This document shows, piece by piece, positions 8,024 to 17,443 of a stretch of DNA of 32,000 bases. The stretch spans positions 2,100,001-2,132,000 of the forward strand of contig CAWJMG010000003.1 of NCBI GenBank assembly GCA_963843975.1, written 5' to 3'. Each line of letters begins with the position of its first letter. The first letter of the stretch is position 1. The notes below the pieces were generated by a model, which saw only the letters and a list, made by a program, of their open reading frames with translations, was not told where the DNA came from and made no database searches. The position numbers were made by a program, and so were the translations under genes. This stretch comes from an uncultured Actinomycetes bacterium (lineage in GTDB: Bacteria > Actinomycetota > Actinomycetes > S36-B12 > CAIYMF01).

Positions 8024-9202
8024 TCACGCCAGCGCCTGCACCAGGTCGCCCACCAGGTCGTCGACGTGCTCGAGGCCGACCGAGATGCGCACGAGGTCGG
8101 CGGGCACCTCGAGCGGCGAGCCGGCGGCGGACGCGTGCGTCATGCGGCCCGGGTGCTCGATCAGCGACTCGACGCCGCCGAGCGACTCGCCGAGGGTGAA
8201 GAGACGGGCACGGTTGCAGACCTCGACGGCCGCGGCCTCGCCGCCGGCGACGCGGAAGCTGACCATGCCCCCGAAGTCGCGCATCTGCTTGACCGCGACG
8301 TGGTGGCCGTCGTGCCCCTCGAGACCTGGGTAGAGCACCTCGACCACCTTGGGGTGCTCGATGAGGACGTCGACGACCGCCTTGGCGTTGGCGCAGTGGC
8401 GGTCCATGCGGACGGCGAGGGTCTTCGCGCCGCGCAGCACGAGCCACGAGTCGAACGGCCCGGCCACCGCGCCCATCGCGTTCTGGTGGTAGGCGAGCTG
8501 CTCGGCGAGCTCGGGGTCGCGAGCGACGAGAGCGCCGCCGACGACGTCGCTGTGGCCGCCGAGGTACTTCGTCGTCGAGTGCACGACGACGTCGGCACCG
8601 AGCAGCAGCGGCTGCTGGAGGTAGGGCGAGGCGAACGTGTTGTCGACGACGAGGACCGCCCCCGCGGAGTGCGCGACGTCGGCGAGCGCGGCGATGTCGG
8701 CCACGCGCAGCAGCGGGTTGGTCGGCGTCTCGACCCAGATCACCTTGGTGCGGCCGGGGATCACCGCGGCGGCCACGGCCTCGACGTCGGTCAGGCGCGC
8801 GGGCGTGTAGCCGAGGCCCCAGCGCTCGAGCACCTTGGCGAAGAGCCGGAACGTGCCGCCGTACGCGTCGTCGGGGATCACGACGTGGTCGCCGGGCGAG
8901 CACACCGCACGCAGCAGCGTGTCCTCGGCGGCGAGCCCCGACGCGAACGCCATGCCGCGCGTGGTGCCGGCAGCAGCGCCGACCGGGTCCTCGAGGCCGG
9001 CGAGGCAGGCCTGCAGCGCGTCGCGGGTGGGGTTGCCCGAGCGCGAGTACTCGTACCCGCCACGGAGACCGCCGACGCCGTCCTGCGCGTACGTCGACAC
9101 CTGGTAGATCGGGGGCACGACGGCGCCGGTGAGGGCGTCGGGCTCCTGCCCCGCGTGCAGGGCGACGGTCTCGAGGTGGGTCCAGACGGGGTGCTCGCTC
9201 AT
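8024..9202 (-). CDS. metB: cystathionine gamma-synthase/lyase (Cys/Met-metabolism PLP enzyme)
   Basis: 392 aa with the PLP-lysine motif STTKYLGGHSDVVGG and N-terminal YSRSGNPT. It resembles the mycobacterial MetB type. Confidence 0.88.
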   Translation of the reverse strand: MSEHPVWTHLETVALHAGQEPDALTGAVVPPIYQVSTYAQDGVGGLRGGYEYSRSGNPTRDALQACLAGLEDPVGAAAGTTRGMAFASGLAAEDTLLRAVCSPGDHVVIPDDAYGGTFRLFAKVLERWGLGYTPARLTDVEAVAAAVIPGRTKVIWVETPTNPLLRVADIAALADVAHSAGAVLVVDNTFASPYLQQPLLLGADVVVHSTTKYLGGHSDVVGGALVARDPELAEQLAYHQNAMGAVAGPFDSWLVLRGAKTLAVRMDRHCANAKAVVDVLIEHPKVVEVLYPGLEGHDGHHVAVKQMRDFGGMVSFRVAGGEAAAVEVCNRARLFTLGESLGGVESLIEHPGRMTHASAAGSPLEVPADLVRISVGLEHVDDLVGDLVQALA

Positions 9203-9275
9203 GCGAGGAGCCTAAGGCGTCACCACCGCACTGACGCTCGCCCACGAGGTGGGTGGCCGTCCCTACGCTCTCCCC

Positions 9276-9563
9276 ATGGACCTCGAGGTGGACGGCGAGA
9301 TCTTCTTCTGGCGCGGCCCGTCGCCGTACCACTTCGTGCGGGTGGGCGAGGAGGAGGCCGCGGCGCTCAAGGCCACGGCCTCCGCGGTCACGTACGGCTG
9401 GGGGATGATCCCGGTAGCCGCGCGCATCGGCGAGACCTCGTGGACGACGTCGCTGTTCCCCAAGGACGGCGGCTACCTCATCCCGGTGAAGGACAAGGTG
9501 CGCGACGCCGAGGGCCTCGACGTCGACGACGTCGTCACGGTCCATCTCCACGTCGACATCTGA
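9276..9563 (+). CDS. DUF1905 domain protein
   Basis: ORF track 9249..9563; I prefer the ATG at 9276 (MDLEVDGEIFFWRG..), with the GTG at 9249 as an alternative. The motifs W.GPSPYHFV and YGWGMIPV are DUF1905-like. Confidence 0.7.
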   Translation: MDLEVDGEIFFWRGPSPYHFVRVGEEEAAALKATASAVTYGWGMIPVAARIGETSWTTSLFPKDGGYLIPVKDKVRDAEGLDVDDVVTVHLHVDI

Positions 9564-9579
9564 CGTCGGACGCACGTCA

Positions 9580-9627
9580 CCCAGGAACCAGCGCACGAAC
9601 GGCGGTGCTTCTGCGCACCGTCCTGGG
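9580..9627. terminator. GC-rich hairpin between convergent DUF1905 and MCP genes
   Basis: CCCAGGA..GCGCA..loop..TGCGC..TCCTGGG forms nested stems. There is no U-tract. Confidence 0.45.
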
Positions 9628-9656
9628 GGAGGTCGGGCGCGGGCGCGGGCGGGGGG

Positions 9657-11763
9657 TCAGACGCCGGCGGGCTCGGCGGTGCGGAAGGCGCCGATCGTGC
9701 CGGACAGGCTCTCGGCCAGCACGGCGAGCTCCTCGGCCGACTCGGCCGACTGCCGTGAGCCGACGGCGTACTGACGCGAGGCGTCGGCGACCTGGCCCAT
9801 CGCGAGCACGACCTGGTCGGACGCCGACCGCTGCTGCTGGGTCGCGATCGAGATCTCACGGCTCGCGGTCGTGGTCTCGTCGACCATCGACGCGATGCGG
9901 TCGAGCGCCTCGGCGGCATCGTGCGCGACCCCGCGTGCGTGCGCGACCTCGCGCTGGCCCTCGCCCGCGGCATCGACCGTGGCCGAGGCGTCGGCGGCGA
10001 TTCGGCTGACGAGGCCCTGGATCTGGGTGGTCGAGGCGCGTGCCCGCTCGGCGAGACGACGCACCTCGGCGGCAACCACGGCGAATCCCGCGCCGTGCTC
10101 GCCGGCACGCGCAGCCTCGATCGCCGCGTTGAGCGCGAGCATGTTCGTGCGCTCGGAGAGATCGTCGATCACCTCGAGGATGCGACCGATCTCGCGCCCG
10201 GTGTCGCCGAGCGCCAGGGCCCGCTGCTCGATGACGTCGACCCGTCCGGCCACGCCGTCCATCACGTCGACCGAGGTCATGACCGCGGTGCGGCCCTCCT
10301 CGGTGAGCGCGAGCGTCTGGTTGGCGGCACGGGCGACGCCCTCGGCCGTCACCGCGATCTGCGCGGCCGTGGCCGCGAGCTCTTCGATCGTGGCCGTCGT
10401 CTCGGCGACGACCGTGCTCTGCTCGGCGGCAGCCGACGCCTGCTGCGCCGCACCGGCAGTGCAGCTCGACGCTGGCCTGCGCGAGGGCGGCGCCGTACTG
10501 CTGGGCCTGTCCCACGAGGGTTCGCAGCGTGCCGATGGTCGCCTCGAAGGACGTCGCCATCACGCGCAGGTCGTCCTGCTCGAAGTCGGGCAGCCCGGTG
10601 GCGAGGTTGCCGGCGGCGACCCGGGCCAGCGCGTCGGACATCTCGGCGAGGCGGGCCTGCAGCCGTCGTGCCGAGTGCTCGGCGAGCAGGCGCCGGCGGC
10701 GTACCACCATCCACCAGACCAGCGCGAGCGCGAGGCCGACGACCAGCAGCACGAGGCCCAGGACGGCGAGCGTCAGCGACAGCGGGCTCAGGGCGTCGAC
10801 ACCGACGGGCACTGCGGCCTGCGTCACGGTGACCACGCGGTCGAACGCGACCGTGCCGCCCAGCGACGAGTCGTAGGCCGTGTGCGCCCATGCGGTGGCG
10901 GAGTCGCCGCCGTCGACGACGCCGCTGCCGTCGGCGGACGGCAGGCCGAGCGACATCTCAGCGTCCGCGGGCGCCACGAGGTCCACGACGGCCCCGGAGC
11001 CCGAGGCGTTCGTCGCGACGTCCTGCAGCCAGGCGAACGGCGTCTCGATCTCCAGGACGCCGACGGGCTTGTCAGCGGGACCGACCGCGACCGCGGTGCT
11101 GACGGAGTCGCCGCCGACGGTCACCGAGGCGTGGGCGTCGGACGTCACGGGCACGCCGGAGCCGGCTGCGAGAGCGTCGAGCACCCACGTCGCGCCGCGG
11201 GCGCCGGAGGAGAGCCCGGTCGTGGTGGCGGTGCCGTCGGCGACACGCAGCACCTCGCGGCCGTCACCGGCACGGAGGCGTGCGATCGCGACGAGGCCGG
11301 AGCGCAGCTCGGCCAGGGTCTGGAGCGGACGACGGGCGGCTGCGACCTGCGAGTCGGTGGCTGAGCCGGAGGACGCGACCTGCGCGAGCACCGGGTCACG
11401 CGAGGCGAGGAGGCTGGAGAGCCGGACGGCGTCGATCTCGCGCGACACCCGGGCCGCAGCCTCGCGGGCCTCGGAGGCGAGCGTGACCGACTGGCGCGAG
11501 CGCTGCTCGTCCGCGCTCGACACCGACCGCACGACCAGCACACTTGCCACGCTCAGGAGCAGCATGGCGACGGAGACCACGACGGGCACGACCCAGCGGA
11601 ACGGGATCACCCCTGCGCGGTCGATGATCGCCAAGGCACGGTCGCGTGCGGACGCGCTCGGGCGGACCGGCCCGGCTCCGCCAGGGCTGCCGGCTTCCGC
11701 TCCGGCAGCACTGTCGGTGCCGGGCGCGGCCTGCTCGCCCGCGTCGACGTACGACGTGCTCAT
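9657..11763 (-). pseudogene. methyl-accepting chemotaxis protein, reading frame broken by a 1-nt insertion near 10461 (true pseudogene or sequencing error)
   Basis: ORF 9856..11763 encodes TM, a periplasmic sensor, TM and HAMP up to ..AQASVEL, then turns to Arg-rich junk. ORF 9657..10352 and its upstream extension in the +1 frame encode ..[34 protein letters not shown].. and the MCP signalling hairpin [33 protein letters not shown]. Confidence 0.8.
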
Positions 11764-11971
11764 GCAGTCCCTCCCAGGTCCCTAGTGAAGGATCGGCACG
11801 AACGGCTCCGGGTTGAGCCGTCCGGGGGACCCCGTGCGCACGGAGGGCACAGGCGGCGAGCACGTCAGACCCTCGTAAGACCCGGCCGGGAACGGGTGGA
11901 CACCCCAGCCGGTTGCAGAGGGTGCGGACCTGCGGTTGCCCCGATCGCGGTCCCCCGAGAGGCTGGTGCAC

Positions 11972-12631
11972 ATGTTCTCCTCCCTGTTCGGCTCGTCGGC
12001 CAAGACCCGCATGGTCACGCCCGCGGACGCCCTCCCCGGCCGGGCCACCCGCCCGTTCCCCGTGCCCGCGACCCACGCGGTGCTCGGCACCCCGCTGCAG
12101 GGCCCGTTCCCCGAGGGCCTGCAGTCCCTGTACGTCGGCCTCGGCTGCTTCTGGGGCGCCGAGAAGCGCTTCTGGCGCGTGCCCGGCGTCTACACCACGG
12201 CCGTCGGCTACCAGGGCGGCATCACGCCCAACCCGACGTACGAGGAGGTCTGCACCGCGCGCACCGGCCACGCCGAGAACGTCCTCGTCGTGTACGACCC
12301 CGAGAAGGTCTCGACCTACGACCTGCTCAAGGTGTTCTGGGAGAACCACGACCCGACCCAGGGCTACCGCCAGGGCAACGACGTCGGCACGCAGTACCGC
12401 TCGGCGCTCTACTGGACGACGCCCGAGCAGGCCGAGATCGCAGAGGCCACGAAGGCGGCGTACGAGAAGGTGCTCGTGGCCAAGGGCTTCGACCCGATCA
12501 CGACCGAGGTCGGCTCGGCCGAGGGCCTGCCCTTCTACTACGCCGAGGACTACCACCAGCAGTACCTCTACAAGGTGCCGCACGGCTACGACTGCCACGC
12601 CGAGACGGGCATCGCCCTCCCGCCGCTGTAG
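11972..12631 (+). CDS. msrA: peptide-methionine (S)-S-oxide reductase
   Basis: The ATG at 11972 ([17 protein letters not shown]) aligns with the E. coli MsrA N-terminus as I recall it. It has the catalytic GCFWG motif and a YHQQYL motif. Confidence 0.92.
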   Translation: MFSSLFGSSAKTRMVTPADALPGRATRPFPVPATHAVLGTPLQGPFPEGLQSLYVGLGCFWGAEKRFWRVPGVYTTAVGYQGGITPNPTYEEVCTARTGHAENVLVVYDPEKVSTYDLLKVFWENHDPTQGYRQGNDVGTQYRSALYWTTPEQAEIAEATKAAYEKVLVAKGFDPITTEVGSAEGLPFYYAEDYHQQYLYKVPHGYDCHAETGIALPPL

Positions 12632-12643
12632 CCACCCGTACGA

Positions 12644-12679
12644 CGACGGCCCCGCCACGCGATCGTGGCGGGGCCGTCG
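12644..12679 (+). terminator. perfect GC hairpin downstream of msrA
   Basis: CGACGGCCCCGCCACG-CGAT-CGTGGCGGGGCCGTCG, a 16-bp stem with a 4-nt loop. There is no U-tract, which matches the actinobacterial I-shaped type. Confidence 0.6.
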
Positions 12680-12771
12680 CACGTCCCGGGGCAGACCTGT
12701 CGAAATCGGCGCGGTCTGTTCGTACGGTAGGTGACGGTGGACGGTGGGTCCGCCCGAGCGGAGGAGCCGAC

Positions 12772-13122
12772 GTGGCCCAGTACCTCATCTACTTCAACCA
12801 GCAGTGGGTCGGTGACCACTCGGAGGAGTGGTTCCGCAGCCGCGTGGCCCCCTCGATGGCCGCCATCGCAGAGATCGAGGCGGCCGGCGCGCTCGTGTTC
12901 GCCGGGGGCCTCGAGGTGGATGCGCCCGTCTTCCACGCCGATGCCACGAGCGGCACGACCACGTACACCGACGGCCCGTACGCCGAGACCAAGGAGTGGC
13001 TGGGCGGGCTGACCATCGTGGAGGCGGCCGACGAGGCGGAGGCCCGCAGGTGGGCCGGCAGGATCGCCGAGGGCTGCGGCTGGCCGCAGGAGGTCCGTCG
13101 GTTCGGCGCGATCCCCGACTGA
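12772..13122 (+). CDS. YciI family protein
   Basis: GTG start preceded by GGAGGAG. 116 aa with a YLIYF..DGPYAETKEWLGG..I.EA pattern typical of YCII-related domains. Confidence 0.8.
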   Translation: MAQYLIYFNQQWVGDHSEEWFRSRVAPSMAAIAEIEAAGALVFAGGLEVDAPVFHADATSGTTTYTDGPYAETKEWLGGLTIVEAADEAEARRWAGRIAEGCGWPQEVRRFGAIPD

Positions 13123-13417
13123 CCGGATCTGGGCCACGGTTCTGAGCCGGGCATCTCCCGGCACATCTGTAACCGCTGACACATCCCAGCGCCCCCGCGA
13201 CTCTTCGTCGCGGCGCCGTCGCTGTGCGCGACACGCGGAAGATCACATCGGGCCGTTTGTGCCCCCGTACGGGTACGAACGGGTCCACCATGTGGACGAG
13301 TCGCACTCGGTCCTGTTTCTCGCAGGCCACGCCCAGTCGGGCCTCGGGAGGGGGCGGCTCGCAGGTGTGGCGACTCGCCCACGGTGGACGGGCCGTCACT
13401 CGCGGCAGGGGGTCGCC

Positions 13418-14002
13418 ATGTCCACCACGACCGACGCACCATCGCACCACCAGACCACGGACGACCTGATCGTCCCCAGCTCCGCCCGCACGTGGGCCGG
13501 AGTCGTCCGGATCCTCCTCGGATTCACCTTCCTCTGGGCCTTCCTCGACAAGTGCTTCGGCTTCGGCTTCGCCACCGAGAAGGGCTGGATGTTCGGCACC
13601 GGCGAGGGCAACCCGACCGCCGGGTTCCTGAAGTTCGGCGCCAACCCCAACGGGCCGTTCCACGACTTCTTCACCGGCCTCGCGCCGTCGTCGCCGAGCG
13701 CTCTCATCAACTGGCTGTTCATGGGCGCGCTGCTTGGCGCAGGTGTCGGCCTCGTGCTCGGCATCGGCATGCGGATCTCGTGCATCGGCGCGGCGATCCT
13801 GCTGATCAGCATGTGGCTCGCCGTGGCCCCGTGGGCCAAGTACGTCGACCAGGGCGGTTCGACCGTCGCGTCGAACAACCCGCTGCTCGACGAGCACATC
13901 ATCTACAGCGCGACGTTGATGGTGCTGATGCTCGTGCATGCCGGCCGGTACCTCGGTCTCGGCCGCATGTGGGAGGCAAAGGCGCCGTCCTGGCTGCAGT
14001 AG
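13418..14002 (+). CDS. DoxX family membrane protein
   Basis: The ATG at 13418 (MSTTTD..) follows AGGGGG; the GTG at 13259 is an alternative. It has 4 TM helices and an RILLGFTFLWAFLDK motif. Confidence 0.78.
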   Translation: MSTTTDAPSHHQTTDDLIVPSSARTWAGVVRILLGFTFLWAFLDKCFGFGFATEKGWMFGTGEGNPTAGFLKFGANPNGPFHDFFTGLAPSSPSALINWLFMGALLGAGVGLVLGIGMRISCIGAAILLISMWLAVAPWAKYVDQGGSTVASNNPLLDEHIIYSATLMVLMLVHAGRYLGLGRMWEAKAPSWLQ

Positions 14003-14018
14003 CGACGCAGTCCACCTC

Positions 14019-14063
14019 CGCGCGAGAGCCGGGACAGCCGTCGGCTGCTCCGGCTCTCGCGCG
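14019..14063. terminator. hairpin between convergent doxX and LysR genes
   Basis: CGCGCGAGAGCCGG..17 nt..CCGGCTCTCGCGCG, a 14-bp stem that abuts the LysR stop codon. Confidence 0.55.
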
Positions 14064-15014
14064 TCATGACTCGGACGTGAGCTGCAGCAGCCTGCCGCTG
14101 CCGAGCTCGACGGCCATCTCGTAGAAGCGGTCGGCCGCGGCCGTCGCCGACACCCCCGTGCGTCGGGCGACGTACACGTCGCGGGGCGGCATCTTCGGCC
14201 GGGAGTGCAGGACGACGACGTCCGGGTCGGTCTCGTCGACGGCGAGCAGAGGCATCACCGCGGCGCCCAGGCCCGCCGCCACGAGTGCCTGCAGGGCGCC
14301 GTTGTCGTTGGTGCGGAAGGAGTAGCGGGGCACGACGCCGTGCTGTGCGAGCCAGGCCTCGGTCTGCGCGTGCGCGTGGTGCGGCTCGGGCCCGAGGATC
14401 GGCCGCTCCCCCAGGGCCGCGACCGGGTAGGCCCCGCCCCGCAGGTGCTCGAGCACCGGGTCGTCCTTGCGCGTGACGACGACGTACGGGTCGTGCAGCA
14501 CGACGTCCACCGCGACGTCCGGATGCTTCACCCGCTGGTCGAGGAACGTCACGTCGACCGCGCCCTCGATGAGAAGGCCGGCGAGCTCGGGTGAGAGCTC
14601 GCCCGGGACGATCTCGATGGCGACGTCGGGCCGCTCGGCACGCATCGCCGCGATGAGACGCGGGAGCAGGCGCACCGACACCGACTGGAACGTGCCGACG
14701 ACGAGGCGGCCGCCCGTGCCGGACGCGAGGTCGTCGAGCTCGCGCGCCGCCCGGTCGATGCGGTCGAGGATCCCCTGCGCGTGCGCGAGCACCAGGCGGC
14801 CGGCGGGCGTGAGGGTGGCGGGCCGCGGGCCGCCCGGGCGGTCGAGCACGGGCATGCCCACCGCGCGCTCGAGCCCCGCGATCTGCTGGCTCACCGCGGC
14901 CTGGCTGAACCCGAGGACGGCGGCCGCGTCGACGAACGTGCCCTCCTCGACCACCGCCCGTAGGGCTGCCAGGTGACGGATCTCGAGGTCGCGCAGCCGT
15001 GTGCTCACGGTCAC
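14064..15014 (-). CDS. LysR family transcriptional regulator
   Basis: 316 aa. It has the N-terminal wHTH FVDAAAVLGFSQAAVSQQIAGLE and a C-terminal LysR substrate-binding domain. The start is GTG. Confidence 0.9.
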   Translation of the reverse strand: MTVSTRLRDLEIRHLAALRAVVEEGTFVDAAAVLGFSQAAVSQQIAGLERAVGMPVLDRPGGPRPATLTPAGRLVLAHAQGILDRIDRAARELDDLASGTGGRLVVGTFQSVSVRLLPRLIAAMRAERPDVAIEIVPGELSPELAGLLIEGAVDVTFLDQRVKHPDVAVDVVLHDPYVVVTRKDDPVLEHLRGGAYPVAALGERPILGPEPHHAHAQTEAWLAQHGVVPRYSFRTNDNGALQALVAAGLGAAVMPLLAVDETDPDVVVLHSRPKMPPRDVYVARRTGVSATAAADRFYEMAVELGSGRLLQLTSES

Positions 15015-15137
15015 ACCGTCTCATAAGTTCTGGTGATGACAATAATCGAAAGCAGTCGTTTTTACTTATGCAGTGTTCGGCGTACCGTCGAGGCGTAGCC
15101 AGCGAGGCCCACTCGCCCGCACGAGACGGAGGACGAC
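15015..15137. promoter_or_regulatory. AT-rich divergent promoter/operator region (LysR gene and 102-aa ORF)
   Basis: 15019-15078 is about 37% GC by hand count in a background above 70% GC. It contains the inverted repeat CATAAGT (15022-15028) / ACTTATG (15064-15070). GGAGG precedes the ATG at 15138. Confidence 0.55.
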
Positions 15138-15446
15138 ATGGACGCCATCACCACGACGACGACGAGCGCGGTCGCCACCGTCACGCGCCTGGCCACGGCC
15201 GACCGCGTCGACCTCGACGCACTGGCGCACGGCATCGCGGGCGACGGCATCGCCGCCCACACCCCGCGCGTCCTCGGCCTCGTGCTCGAGGCCCGCGAGC
15301 TCGGCGTCGACGCCGACCTGGTCGCCGTCCTCGCCGACGACGACGCCAACGAGATCGCGCGCATGCGCGCCTTCGGCTACGTCGCCGCCTCGGTGGAGGA
15401 GCTCCGCAGCCCGCTGCCGCACCCCGCCGACATCCTCAGCGCGTAA
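15138..15446 (+). CDS. hypothetical protein (102 aa, acidic, no recognised domain)
   Basis: ATG with a GGAGG RBS, very high GC3 and a TAA stop. It is divergent from the LysR gene. Confidence 0.6.
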   Translation: MDAITTTTTSAVATVTRLATADRVDLDALAHGIAGDGIAAHTPRVLGLVLEARELGVDADLVAVLADDDANEIARMRAFGYVAASVEELRSPLPHPADILSA

Positions 15447-15522
15447 CCCCTCACGCTCACCCTGATCAATCCGTTGCTTCCCGGGCCGGGAAGCGACGGA
15501 TTGATCAGTTTCAGGGGGTGGG
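15447..15522. repeat. Family-A long palindromic element, copy 3
   Basis: CCCCTCACGCTCACCCTGATCAATCCGTTGCTTCCCGG / CCGGGAAGCGACGGATTGATCAGTTTCAGGGGGTGGG. It lies between convergent genes, and its right arm overlaps the last codons of the IMPase-like gene. Confidence 0.85.
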
Positions 15523-16320
15523 CAGGTCGAGGAGCGCGCGCACCGTCTCGGCGACGGACGGCGCAGCCATCACGATGCCGGGCTGCACGGTGGAGCGGCG
15601 GTTGAAGGTGAAGCCGTCGCCCTCGGGCGACGCGCACCACAGCCCGTGGTGCCGCGCGACGCCGAGCGGCGCAGCGAGGTCCCAGTCGTGAAAGCCGGCG
15701 TCGTGCAGGTAGAGCTCGGCGTCGCCGCGCAGCACCACGGCCGCCTTGGCGCCGACCGACCCCACGTGCATCACCTCGACGTCGACGCCGAGCGCGGCCC
15801 GCAGCCCGCGCACCACCCGGTCGAGGTCCTGCGGCTCCCGCGTGCGCGACACGACGACACGCACCGGACGGTCGCGGGGCAGCTCGTACGCCGGATCCGC
15901 GCCGACCTCGTCGAGCACCGACCACACGGCGCCCTGCGCGGGCAGGTCGACGGTCGCCGCCGTGAGGACCCCGTCGCCGCGGGAGGTCCGAGTCCACAGC
16001 GCGATGTGCACGGCGAAGTCCGCTCGGCCCTGGCCGTACTCCCACGTGCCGTCGAGCGGGTCGACGATCCAGACCCGGTCGGCCGTGAGGCGGGCGAGGT
16101 CGCCGTCGCCCTCCTCCGACAGCAGCGTGTCGTCGGGGCGAGCCTCGCGCAGCCGCTGCTCGATCAGCAGGTGCGCCTCGCGGTCGGCGAGGTCGCACAG
16201 CGCACGCGTGCGCACGCGGTCACCCCGCTCGATCTCGCCGTACGACTCACGGATCCCGACGACGAGCGCCCCCGCCTCGCGCGCGACCGCGCTCGACAGG
16301 GCGGCGTCGTCGGAGCTCAT
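15511..16320 (-). CDS. inositol monophosphatase family protein (CysQ-like 3'(2'),5'-bisphosphate nucleotidase candidate)
   Basis: The ATG at 16320 overlaps the pth TGA (ATGA). The motifs LLSEEG and [13 protein letters not shown] are the IMPase metal-binding signatures. Confidence 0.82.
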   Translation of the reverse strand: MSSDDAALSSAVAREAGALVVGIRESYGEIERGDRVRTRALCDLADREAHLLIEQRLREARPDDTLLSEEGDGDLARLTADRVWIVDPLDGTWEYGQGRADFAVHIALWTRTSRGDGVLTAATVDLPAQGAVWSVLDEVGADPAYELPRDRPVRVVVSRTREPQDLDRVVRGLRAALGVDVEVMHVGSVGAKAAVVLRGDAELYLHDAGFHDWDLAAPLGVARHHGLWCASPEGDGFTFNRRSTVQPGIVMAAPSVAETVRALLDLPTP

Positions 16321-16907
16321 GCGTGGTACCGGTTCTGGGCGCGCTCGAGGCCCTCGTGCACGAGGAGCTCGACCGCGTCGGCAGCCTCCACCACGAGCAG
16401 GGGCAGCTCCTTGCGCTCGACCGACCCCCACGGCTTCAGCACGAAGTCGGCCGGGTCCTGCCGGCCCGGGGGGCGGCCGATGCCCACACGGACGCGGTAC
16501 CAGTCGCCGCTGCCCGTGGAGCGGCGCACCGACCTCAGTCCGTTGTGGCCGTTGTCGCCGCCGCCGAGCTTGAGCCGCAGCGCCGCGAACGGGATGTCGA
16601 GCTCGTCGTGCACCACGACGAGGTGCTCGAGCGGCACCTTGTAGAAGTCGAGCAGCCCCTTCACCGGGCCGCCGGACTCGTTCATGTACGACGACGGCTT
16701 CGCCAGGATCACGCGCTGGCCCTGCAGCCGCTCCTCGGCCACCTGGGCCCGGGCGCGCTTGTGGCCCGCGAACTTCCCGCGGCAGCGGGCGGCGAGCTCG
16801 TCGACGACCAGCTGCCCGACGTTGTGCCGGGTGTCGGCGTAGTCCGGGCCCGGGTTGCCCAGCCCGACGACGAGCCAGGGCGCGGTCTCGGTGCTCACGC
16901 CGTGCAT
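16317..16907 (-). CDS. pth: peptidyl-tRNA hydrolase
   Basis: 196 aa with [14 protein letters not shown] and [12 protein letters not shown] motifs. Confidence 0.93.
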   Translation of the reverse strand: MHGVSTETAPWLVVGLGNPGPDYADTRHNVGQLVVDELAARCRGKFAGHKRARAQVAEERLQGQRVILAKPSSYMNESGGPVKGLLDFYKVPLEHLVVVHDELDIPFAALRLKLGGGDNGHNGLRSVRRSTGSGDWYRVRVGIGRPPGRQDPADFVLKPWGSVERKELPLLVVEAADAVELLVHEGLERAQNRYHA

Positions 16908-16996
16908 CCTCCCTCATCCGGGCGTAGGTCACGCCCGCACATGCCGAGCGCCCCGCACCACGGGGGTGCGGGGCGCTCGGTGAACGCTGGTGGTGC

Positions 16997-17443
16997 TCAG
17001 GCCTCGGTGGTCTCGGCGGCGGCAGCAGCAGCCTCGGCCGCGTCGCCCTCGACGTCCTCGGTGGTCTCGGCGGTGCCGACCTCGAGCATGTGGGCGTCCT
17101 CGGCGGCCAGCTCGGCCGCGTGCTCCTCGGCGGCCACGGCGATCGCCGCAGCCTCCTTCTTGGAGACGACGACGAGGTCGACGTGCTCGATGACGCGCTT
17201 CACCGGGTCGCGCTGGACGTCGCGCGGGGCGACGAGGTGGGTCGTGCCGTCGAGGACGACCTCGAGCACGACGCCCGGCTTGCGCAGGGCGAGCGAGAGG
17301 GCGTGGTCCGGCAGCGCGACGTGCTGGACGTCCTGGCCGTGGCCGTAGATGACGGCGGGCACGAGGCCCGCGCGGCGGGAGCGGCGGGCCGCGCCCTTGC
17401 CGAAGTCCGAACGAGGCTCAGCCGTGATGCTGACCTGGGTCAC
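16997..17443 (-). CDS. rplY: 50S ribosomal protein L25/general stress protein Ctc
   Basis: FGKGAARRSRRAGLVPAVIYGHG and an acidic Ala/Glu-rich tail. I prefer the GTG at 17443, preceded by GGAGA; the ATG at 17455 is an alternative. Confidence 0.88.
   Translation of the reverse strand: MTQVSITAEPRSDFGKGAARRSRRAGLVPAVIYGHGQDVQHVALPDHALSLALRKPGVVLEVVLDGTTHLVAPRDVQRDPVKRVIEHVDLVVVSKKEAAAIAVAAEEHAAELAAEDAHMLEVGTAETTEDVEGDAAEAAAAAAETTEA

Noticed and set aside
5710-8199. Very long ORFs on the opposite strand or in alternative frames, for example 5710..8199 (829 aa), 7358..10009 (883 aa), 20899..23472 (857 aa), 25050..27065 (671 aa) and 8013..9596 (527 aa).
   Set aside because: Their translations are low-complexity Arg/Pro/Ala/Gly strings without motifs. 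They overlap well-supported genes with clear family signatures. They are the expected stop-codon-poor shadow frames of DNA above 70% GC.
11764-11971. A riboswitch (for example c-di-GMP-I) in the MCP/msrA divergent region, and similarly in 13123-13417 upstream of doxX.
   Set aside because: Superficial GC-rich stems are present, but there is no match to the conserved GEMM-I, SAM, ydaO, ZTP or guanidine cores as I remember them. This would need cmscan, so I do not call it.
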